From Acidobacteriota bacterium (lineage in GTDB: Bacteria; Acidobacteriota; Vicinamibacteria; Vicinamibacterales; Fen-181), in NCBI GenBank assembly GCA_025363775.1, contig JANYLG010000091.1:7655-71654 (forward strand): a stretch of DNA of 64,000 nucleotides. The letters run 5' to 3'. This document shows positions 57,639 to 64,000 of this stretch, piece after piece. The first letter of the stretch is position 1, and each line of letters opens with the position of its first letter. Made by a program: the position numbers and the translations under genes. The notes under the pieces were generated by a model that was given only the letters and a program-made list of their open reading frames with translations, was not told the DNA's origin and searched no databases.

Positions 57639-58658
57639 ATGGAGTTACGCGCGGAGTATCGGGCGGCGAGGGAGTCGTCGGCGGTGTTCGACCGGTCGGG
57701 CCGCGGGAAAATCGCGGTGGCGGGGAACGACCGCCGCACGTACCTGCACGCCATGCTGACAAACGACGTTGCGTCACTGCAGGCGGGAGGCGGATGCTAC
57801 GCGGCATACCTGACGCCGCAGGGCCGGATGATCACCGACATGCGGCTGCTCGAACTGGGCGACCTCGTGCTCCTCGATCTCGATCCATCGATGACGGCCA
57901 CGGTTCTGCAGAAACTCGACCAGTTCGTCTTCAGCGAGGACGTGAAGCTCGGCGACCTGACCGAGGCGTTTGGCGAGCTGTCGGTTGTCGGCCCTGCCGC
58001 GGCCCGAGTGGTGGCGGAAGCCATCGGAGCGGGCAGTCAGCCGGGCGTGACCGAGAGCGACCTGCAGGGCTTTGAGGAGTTCCACAACGTCCGCGCGACC
58101 TTCCGCGGCCAGATGGTCCTGGTGGCGGCGTCGCAGGAGACGGGCGCGGCTGGCTTCGACCTGTACGTCGAGCGGCCGCTCCGCGAGGCGCTGGCGGGCG
58201 CGCTGGTTGCGGCGGGCGCGACGCTGGCGAGCGGGGCGACCGCGGAGGTGCTGCGGGTCGAGTCGGGTCGGCCGGCCTTCGGCATCGACATGGATGCCGA
58301 GACGCTTCCGCTCGAGGCCGGAATTGAAGGGCGTGCCATCAGTTTCACCAAGGGGTGCTATCCAGGGCAGGAAGTGGTGATCCGCGTGCTGCATCGGGGC
58401 CGCGGCCGCGTGGCGCGCAAGATCGCGGGGGTGATGGTTTCTGGCGACACCGTGCCTGCGACGGGCGACCTGCTGCGGGCCGGCGACCGCGAGGCCGGTC
58501 GAATCACCAGCGCGGTGTGGTCGCCGCTGACAGGTGGCCCAATCGCCCTGGCGCTCGTCCACCGAGATTTCCTCGCGCCCGGCACCGAACTGACGATCCT
58601 CCACGGCGACCATGCGCTCTCCTCGACGGTCGTCACGCTCCCATTCGAGCCCCGTTAG
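57639..58658 (+). CDS. ygfZ: Folate-binding YgfZ/CAF17-family protein (GcvT-like fold)
   Basis: I start the ORF 57603..58658 at the ATG at 57639. The sequence begins MELRAEYRAARESSAVFDRSGRGKIAVAG.DRRTYLHAMLTNDV and contains the family signature FTKGCYPGQE. Confidence 0.8.
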   Translation: MELRAEYRAARESSAVFDRSGRGKIAVAGNDRRTYLHAMLTNDVASLQAGGGCYAAYLTPQGRMITDMRLLELGDLVLLDLDPSMTATVLQKLDQFVFSEDVKLGDLTEAFGELSVVGPAAARVVAEAIGAGSQPGVTESDLQGFEEFHNVRATFRGQMVLVAASQETGAAGFDLYVERPLREALAGALVAAGATLASGATAEVLRVESGRPAFGIDMDAETLPLEAGIEGRAISFTKGCYPGQEVVIRVLHRGRGRVARKIAGVMVSGDTVPATGDLLRAGDREAGRITSAVWSPLTGGPIALALVHRDFLAPGTELTILHGDHALSSTVVTLPFEPR

Positions 58659-58836
58659 ACGTCTTGAACGGCCAAAGTCGTTGCGAATGAGTCACGTTCT
58701 GTCGACTTCCGTCCGGCCGTTCAAGACGTCTACGCCCCGCGCTTCGCGGGGCCAGCCAACAGCGTTTCTGGTTCTAGCGGGGCGTGCCTTGGGGCCGCCA
58801 CGCCAGGTTCGGCGGTCTGAGGCACGCCTCGCTAGA
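58657..58836 (+). repeat. Copy B of the 180/181-nt three-hairpin intergenic repeat
   Basis: It starts inside the ygfZ TAG stop codon. Hairpin 1 has 17-bp perfect arms: AGACGTCTTGAACGGCC (58657-58673) and GGCCGTTCAAGACGTCT (58715-58731). Hairpin 2 is CCCCGCG-AAG-CGCGGGG. Hairpin 3 is CTAGCGGGGCGTGCC ... GGCACGCCTCGCTAG. Confidence 0.85.
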
Positions 58837-58968
58837 TCAACCACAAAGATCACAGAGATCAGAGTGGCGTCCGGGCCTTCGGCCCGTCCCGGTCGAAGCC
58901 CCCGGCGTTTGAGCCCCCTGTGTTTCTCCGTGGACTTGGTGGTCGAACGCCGTGGGCAGGGCGAAGCG

Positions 58969-59367
58969 TCAGGGTGATGGTGCCAGGCGCGCCACCAGTT
59001 CGCTGTCGGCGGGCGGAAACGAGAGCGTACGGAGTTCGTGGCTGGCAACCCAGCGGATCTCTTGTCCCAGCAGCGGTCGCGGTTCGCTGGTGAGATCGCA
59101 CCGGAAGAACCTGAGGTCGAGCACCCGATCGGCGTAGGCGTAGGTCGTGCGGAAGATCTCCTCGTGCACCGTGGCGATCGCGCCGAGTTCCTCGACAATC
59201 TCCCGCGCCAGGCACGCTTCGGCCGATTCGCCCGGCTCGCACTTTCCGCCGGGAAACTCCCAGAAGCCGCCCATGTGCGAGCCTTCGAGGCGGCGGGCCA
59301 CGAGAAGAAAGCCGTCGCGCTCGATGACGGCGGCGGTCACGATGGTCGGTGCCTTGGTCTTGTCCAT
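58969..59367 (-). CDS. NUDIX hydrolase, MutT-like (8-oxo-dGTP diphosphatase type)
   Basis: 132-aa ORF with an intact Nudix box, GGKCEPGESAEACLAREIVEELG. Confidence 0.85.
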   Translation of the reverse strand: MDKTKAPTIVTAAVIERDGFLLVARRLEGSHMGGFWEFPGGKCEPGESAEACLAREIVEELGAIATVHEEIFRTTYAYADRVLDLRFFRCDLTSEPRPLLGQEIRWVASHELRTLSFPPADSELVARLAPSP

Positions 59368-59386
59368 CGGGTAAGAACCGGGGGCG

Positions 59387-60211
59387 CTACGTCGCTCTGG
59401 CGTGGCGCCGCTTCTTCGCGGCGCTGGCGAGCTTCGCGATGCTGCCGTCGAGCGGATACGAGACGCACGACCGCGCCATCGGGCACGATGCGCACTGCGG
59501 CTTGCGTGCCGGGCAGACGATGGCGCCGAAATCCATGAGCGCCTGGTTGAAATCGAACACGCGCTTGCGGGGCAGCAGCGCGCGCGACACGTCCCACAGG
59601 TGCTTCCGTGCGGCGTGGGCTACCTCGTCCCCCTTGCCCACGAACACGCGGAACAGCACGCGGGCGACGTTGGTGTCGAGGATTGCCGACCGCTGGCCGA
59701 ACGCGAAGCTTCGAATCGCGCCAGCCGTGTACTGCCCGATCCCCTTGAAGGAGAGCAGGGTCTCTTCGTCGGCCGGGAGCGCGCCGTTGTAGCGCGCGAC
59801 CGCCTCTCGAGCGATCGAGTGCAGACGTCGCGGACGGATGTTGTATCCCAGCGGATACCAGGCTTGCACGGCTTCCTCGACAGGCCTGGCCGCCAGCGCT
59901 TCGAGCGACGGGAAACGCTCCAGCCACTCGAGGTACTTCGGCAGGACGCGGTCCACCTGCGTCTGCTGGAGCATGATCTCCGAGACGAGGATCTGGTAGG
60001 GGTCCGCTGCGCGGCGCCACGGCAGGTCGCGGCCGTTCCGGTCGTACCAATCGAGCAGCCGGCGGCGAAACGCCTGCCGCGCGCCCGCTCCGGGCATTGC
60101 CGCAGTCTTCCGCATAACCCGGCCGCGCCGGAACCCACGTGCCGCAGCCGGGTTATTAGCGGCCTCCGGCCGACAACCAGGACCGCTCTTCTTCTGTGTC
60201 GAGGAGTTCAT
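59387..60211 (-). CDS. mutY: A/G-specific adenine glycosylase catalytic domain (MutY-like), lacking the C-terminal Nudix-fold domain
   Basis: I take the ORF 59387..60241 from the ATG at 60211, but the start is uncertain and 60115 is also possible. Motifs include LPWRR..DPYQILVSEIMLQQTQV, GIGQYTAGAIRSFAF, AILDTNVARV and the 4Fe-4S loop CPARKPQCASCPMARSC. Only about 25 aa follow the cluster. Confidence 0.8.
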   Translation of the reverse strand: MNSSTQKKSGPGCRPEAANNPAAARGFRRGRVMRKTAAMPGAGARQAFRRRLLDWYDRNGRDLPWRRAADPYQILVSEIMLQQTQVDRVLPKYLEWLERFPSLEALAARPVEEAVQAWYPLGYNIRPRRLHSIAREAVARYNGALPADEETLLSFKGIGQYTAGAIRSFAFGQRSAILDTNVARVLFRVFVGKGDEVAHAARKHLWDVSRALLPRKRVFDFNQALMDFGAIVCPARKPQCASCPMARSCVSYPLDGSIAKLASAAKKRRHARAT

Positions 60212-60317
60212 CCGCGGGGGACGAATAGCAGGCACACCCATGTTTGAGACCGTGCCATGATCAGTGAGCGGATGGCAAGAACTGAAAATGGGTGGTGCCG
60301 TGACATAATTCTCCCCG

Positions 60318-60857
60318 GTGAAGATCTACACTCGGACCGGCGACAACGGTGAAACCGGCCTGTTCGACGGCCGACGAGTCTCGAAATCCGACCTGCGCGT
60401 GAACGCGTACGGCGAAATCGACGAACTGAACGCCGCGATTGGCGTCGTCCTCGCCAGCGGGGTGGACGCGGAGATGTCCGCGATGCTCCAGGTCATTCAG
60501 CGCGACCTCTTCGCGGTGGGCGGACGTCTCGCCGATCCGGGACGCCGCGTGGCGGAACGCGTGCAGAAGATGGTCGTGGGCGGCACCGAGGTTGGGCGGC
60601 TCGAGCAGTGGATTGACCAACTGGAAGCCGAACTGGCGCCGCTTCGCCGGTTCATCCTGCCCGGCGGATCGCCGCCCGGCGCAGCGCTCCACCTGGCCCG
60701 CACCATCTGCCGGCGGGCTGAACGTCGGGTCGTCGCGCTGGGCCCGGACGAGGTGGACGCCGAGTTGCTGGCCTACGTGAACCGGCTCTCGGATTTCCTC
60801 TTCGTCGCCGCGCGGGCGGTGAATCGGCGCGCCGGCATCCCGGAACTCGAATGGTGA
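60318..60857 (+). CDS. pduO: ATP:cob(I)alamin adenosyltransferase, PduO/MMAB type
   Basis: 179-aa ORF with a GTG start. MKIYTRTGDNGETGLFDGRRVSK.DLRVNAYGEIDELNAAIG is the family N-terminal signature. Confidence 0.9.
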   Translation: MKIYTRTGDNGETGLFDGRRVSKSDLRVNAYGEIDELNAAIGVVLASGVDAEMSAMLQVIQRDLFAVGGRLADPGRRVAERVQKMVVGGTEVGRLEQWIDQLEAELAPLRRFILPGGSPPGAALHLARTICRRAERRVVALGPDEVDAELLAYVNRLSDFLFVAARAVNRRAGIPELEW

Positions 60858-61774
60858 CGAACCTGGCCGAGGCGTACGCGACCTGTGCCCGGTTTGCGCG
60901 CGATCACTACGAGAACTTCCCGGTCGCTTCGCGCCTGTTGCCGCGCGGGATGCGGCCACACGTTGCGGCTGTGTATGCGTTCGCCCGCGTGGCCGACGAT
61001 TTCGCAGACGAAGGCGACGGTCCCGCCGCGGGGCGGCTCGTTCTGCTCGACGCGTGGAGCGAGCAGCTCCACGCGTGCATGGCCCAGGCGGACCCCAGCC
61101 TCGGCCCGGCACCGTGCGCGACCGCGATGAGTCGTGCCACCGTCGCCCTCCCCCCAGAGACTTCGCACATCTTCGCCGCCCTCGGCAGTACAATCCGCAC
61201 CTGCAGACTCCCCGTCTCGCTGTGCGACGACCTTCTGAGCGCGTTTCGCCAGGATGTGACGACGGTTCGATACGACACGTGGGAAGCCGTCCTCGACTAC
61301 TGCCGGCGTTCGGCAAACCCCGTGGGCCGGCTCGTGCTGGCGATCGCCGGCTATCGCGACGACCGGCTCGACCGCAGCTCCGACGCCGTCTGCACGGCCC
61401 TGCAGTTGACGAACTTCTGGCAGGACCTGGAGCGCGACTGGCTCAAGGGAAGGCTCTACCTTCCCCTCGACGAGTGCCGCCTGGAGGGGGCGCGCCTCGT
61501 GGACCTCGACGCGGGTGTGTTGACACCGGCGTGGCGCAAGGTCCTTCGCGGCGCGGGCGCGAGGACAGCGGCGCTCTTCGACGAGGGCCGCCTGGTGTGC
61601 GACCGCGTGAGCGGCCGGTTGCGATTCGAATTGCGGTTCACCTGGCTTGGCGGGCGGCGCATTCTCTCGCGGCTGGAGCGGGACGATTTCGACGTGTTCC
61701 TGCGGCGACCTGCCCTGCGTGGAGCCGATCTCCCGGCGCTTCTTTGGCAAGCGATGATCTGGCGGACGCGATGA
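60851..61774 (+). CDS. hpnC: Hydroxysqualene synthase HpnC (squalene/phytoene synthase family)
   Basis: 307-aa ORF. HYENFPVASRLLP and YAFARVADDFADEG are HpnC-type motifs. It overlaps the pduO stop by 7 nt. Confidence 0.85.
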   Translation: MVTNLAEAYATCARFARDHYENFPVASRLLPRGMRPHVAAVYAFARVADDFADEGDGPAAGRLVLLDAWSEQLHACMAQADPSLGPAPCATAMSRATVALPPETSHIFAALGSTIRTCRLPVSLCDDLLSAFRQDVTTVRYDTWEAVLDYCRRSANPVGRLVLAIAGYRDDRLDRSSDAVCTALQLTNFWQDLERDWLKGRLYLPLDECRLEGARLVDLDAGVLTPAWRKVLRGAGARTAALFDEGRLVCDRVSGRLRFELRFTWLGGRRILSRLERDDFDVFLRRPALRGADLPALLWQAMIWRTR

Positions 61775-62604
61775 GCGGGCGAGACACGAACTTCTACTAT
61801 TCGTTCCTGGTGCTTCCCTCCGAGAAGCGGCGCGCGATCGTGGCCGTCTGGGACTTTTGTCACGCCGTGGACGATGCGGTGGACGAGGCTCCTTCGTCGG
61901 CCGGGCCGGACGACCCGGACGGCGCGAGGGCGCGGCTCGCGCGATGGCGCGACGAGTTGGCCGCGTGCTACATCGGCCAGCCTCGAACCCCGCAGGGCGC
62001 GAACCTGGTCCCGTTCATCCGTCGGTTCTCGCTTCCTCGTGGCAGCTTCGACGCCGTGATCGACGGCGTGGCCATGGACCTCGACCGCTCGCGGTACGAG
62101 ACGTTCGACGATCTGCGGGAGTACTGCCTTCGCGTCGCGTCCGCGGTCGGCCTCCTCTGCATCGTGATCTTCGGCTACAGCGACCCGCGAACACGCCAGT
62201 ACGCCGTGGACCTCGGCATTGCGCTCCAGTTGACCAACATCATCCGCGATGTGGCAGCGGACCTGGCGCGCGGGCGAATCTACCTTCCCCTCGAGGACCT
62301 TGCCCGACACCGCTGCGGCGAAGACGACCTGCGTGCCGGAATCGTCTCCGAGCGCGTGCGGGGCCTTCTCGCAGAAGAGTGCCGCCGGGCCGGGGACTAC
62401 TACGAACGGGCCGAGCGGGAGTTGCCGCGTGCCGACCGTCGGGCGATGGTGGCGGCCCGGATCATGGCCGGGATCTACCACGCGATCCTGGACCGGGTCG
62501 AGGCTTCGGGTTACGACGTGTTCTCGCAGAAGATCCGGGTGCCGCGCCCGCGTCGCGCGGTCATTGCGGCCTTGCTGTGGGCGCGAGTGATGAGCGGGCG
62601 CTGA
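61771..62604 (+). CDS. hpnD: Presqualene diphosphate synthase HpnD
   Basis: I start at the ATG at 61771, an ATGA overlap with hpnC. The sequence begins MSGRDTNFYYSFLVLPSEKRRAIVAVWDFCHAVDDAVDE and later has LQLTNIIRDVAADLARGRIYLP. Confidence 0.85.
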   Translation: MSGRDTNFYYSFLVLPSEKRRAIVAVWDFCHAVDDAVDEAPSSAGPDDPDGARARLARWRDELAACYIGQPRTPQGANLVPFIRRFSLPRGSFDAVIDGVAMDLDRSRYETFDDLREYCLRVASAVGLLCIVIFGYSDPRTRQYAVDLGIALQLTNIIRDVAADLARGRIYLPLEDLARHRCGEDDLRAGIVSERVRGLLAEECRRAGDYYERAERELPRADRRAMVAARIMAGIYHAILDRVEASGYDVFSQKIRVPRPRRAVIAALLWARVMSGR

Positions 62605-63947
62605 TGCGACCCTTCGATGTCGTGGTGATCGGCGGAGGGTTCGCGGGGCTGAGCGCCGCCGCGGCGCTGACCTCGTCGGGCGCGCGCGTTCTCCTGCTCG
62701 AGGCGCGGCCGGCACTCGGCGGGCGCGCTTCTGCGTTTGTCGATCCGGCCACCGGCGAGCAGGTGGACAACGGCCAGCACCTGATGCTCGGCTGCTACCA
62801 CGAGACATTCGAGTTCCTCGCCCGCATCGGTGCGAGCGACCTGGTGCACGTCCAGCCGAGCCTCGAAGTGCCGTTCGTGGACCCGGCGGGCTGCCAGACG
62901 ACGCTGTGGTGCCCGCCGCTGCCGTCGCCGCTGCACCTGCTGGCGGGACTTGTCGAGTGGGACGCCCTCGGCTTCAGGGACCGGATGTCGGCGTTCAGCC
63001 TGGCCGCGCCCATCCGGCGTGCTCAGCGTGTTCTCCGCACGGGCAAGGGCCGCCTGCCGGCGTCGCCCGGGGAAACGGTGGAGAACTGGCTGATTCGGAA
63101 CGGGCAGACCCGGCGCCTGCGCGACATGCTGTGGGAGCCGCTGGCGCTGGCCGCGCTGAACCAGTCGGCGCAGGAGGCCGCCGCCCCGGCCTTCCTGGGG
63201 GTGCTCGCGCGCATGCTTGGACCCGGCCCGACCGACTCGGCCGTGGCTGTTCCGCTGCGGCCGCTGACGGAGGTCTACGCGGACCCGGCCTGCGAGTTCA
63301 TCCGCGCCAGCGGCGGCGAGATCCGGGTGTCGAGCCCCGCGCGCGTTCGCGTGGAAGGTGACCGTGTGACGGGCATCGAGGTTCGAAGCGAACGCATCGA
63401 TGCGCCGGCCGTCATCGTGGCGGTCCCGTGGTTCGCCCTCGCCGAGACGTTCGTCGGCCAGGTGGGCGCCCTCGCCGACCTGCTCTCGGCCGCTGGAGCG
63501 GTTGCGGCTTCGCCGATCGTGACGGTCAACCTCTGGTTCGACCGTGGCGTGCTGCCGGCGCCGTTCATCGGCTTACCCGGCAGGACGTTCCAGTGGGTGT
63601 TCGACAAGCGGCAGGTGTTCGGCGACTCCGCCTCCCACCTGTCATGTGTCTCGAGCGGCGCCGCTGCGGTCGTCGCACGGTCGAACGAGGCGCTGGCCGC
63701 AAGAGCCTACGACGAGCTGGTGACCGCGCTGCCGGCCGCGCGCGCGGCCCGGCTGCTTCGAAGCCTGGTCGTCCGCGAGCGGCGGGCCACGTTCTCGCTC
63801 GCGCCCGGGCAGCCGCCACGCCCCGGCACCCGCACGCCCGTGAGAGGATTGCTCCTGGCAGGCGACTGGGTCGATACCGGCCTGCCCGCCACGATCGAAG
63901 GCGCCGTCGTCAGCGGACACCGCGCCGCCCAGAGCTTTTTCTTATGA
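62604..63947 (+). CDS. hpnE: Hydroxysqualene dehydroxylase HpnE (FAD-dependent amine-oxidase fold)
   Basis: I start at the ATG at 62604, which overlaps the hpnD TGA. The dinucleotide-binding motif is MRPFDVVVIGGGFAGLSAAAAL...LLEARPALGGRA. Confidence 0.85.
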   Translation: MRPFDVVVIGGGFAGLSAAAALTSSGARVLLLEARPALGGRASAFVDPATGEQVDNGQHLMLGCYHETFEFLARIGASDLVHVQPSLEVPFVDPAGCQTTLWCPPLPSPLHLLAGLVEWDALGFRDRMSAFSLAAPIRRAQRVLRTGKGRLPASPGETVENWLIRNGQTRRLRDMLWEPLALAALNQSAQEAAAPAFLGVLARMLGPGPTDSAVAVPLRPLTEVYADPACEFIRASGGEIRVSSPARVRVEGDRVTGIEVRSERIDAPAVIVAVPWFALAETFVGQVGALADLLSAAGAVAASPIVTVNLWFDRGVLPAPFIGLPGRTFQWVFDKRQVFGDSASHLSCVSSGAAAVVARSNEALAARAYDELVTALPAARAARLLRSLVVRERRATFSLAPGQPPRPGTRTPVRGLLLAGDWVDTGLPATIEGAVVSGHRAAQSFFL

Positions 63948-64000
63948 CTTCCATCGTCGTCCACTACAGCGAGATCGCGCTCAAAGGACAAAACCGCCCG
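63944..64000 (+). CDS. First 19 codons of a probable ThiI-like tRNA sulfurtransferase; the gene runs off the right edge
   Basis: An ATGA overlap with the hpnE stop. MTSIVVHYSEIALKGQNRP resembles the ThiI N-terminal motif (..RYGEI.LKGKNR..). The fragment is too short to be sure. Confidence 0.4.
   Translation, partial: MTSIVVHYSEIALKGQNRP

Noticed and set aside
1-64000. Search by eye for CRISPR arrays, tRNA or rRNA genes, integrases, transposases, phage genes and reverse transcriptases.
   Set aside because: I found no regularly spaced direct repeats with unique spacers, no cloverleaf-compatible conserved tRNA motifs in the intergenic gaps, and no ORF with recombinase, transposase or RT motifs. 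tRNAscan-SE, Infernal and ISfinder runs would be the definitive check.

Overview
This window is GC-rich and densely coding. It looks chromosomal, and I infer an Acidobacteriota-like source from three markers: a PadR plus ADOP duplicated-permease pair, a TonB-dependent receptor with an N-terminal CarboxypepD_reg domain, and a VPS10/BNR protein. I support about 40 protein-coding genes. They include a partial DAACS symporter, a LysE exporter, an amidohydrolase, and a 1332-aa hybrid sensor kinase. A 2886-aa cyclic beta-1,2-glucan synthase-like gene sits directly behind hflK-hflC. Other calls are a two-domain PPK2, vapBC, gcvT, cusBA, htpG, lpdA-E2-lipB, and an ECF sigma factor followed by DUF4139 and a kinase-like protein. 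The right end carries ygfZ, a MutT-like Nudix gene, a short mutY, a PduO-type adenosyltransferase, hpnCDE and the first codons of a ThiI-like gene. I saw no rRNA, tRNA, CRISPR array, transposase or integrase. Six observations stand out. (1) A 180/181-nt three-hairpin repeat occurs twice in opposite orientation, each time just past a gene 3' end; 145 nt are identical and all 8 differences fall in one 28-nt patch. (2) Three palindromic ~25-bp sites spaced 30-31 bp apart sit in an unusually long 780-bp intergenic region. (3) A gene-decay tract runs from 33.7 to 41.5 kb, with an internally deleted TonB receptor, a peptidase fragment and a frameshifted cusA, surrounding an uncharacterised TPR protein. 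(4) In the ECF sigma-DUF4139-kinase row, the kinase-like protein has lost the three catalytic residues. (5) An FHA gene is coupled to an alpha/beta hydrolase whose nucleophile Ser is replaced by Gly. (6) An adenine glycosylase lacking the MutY C-terminal domain lies next to a free-standing Nudix gene. All functional calls come from reading motifs by eye. No database search was run, so family names are recognition-level assignments.
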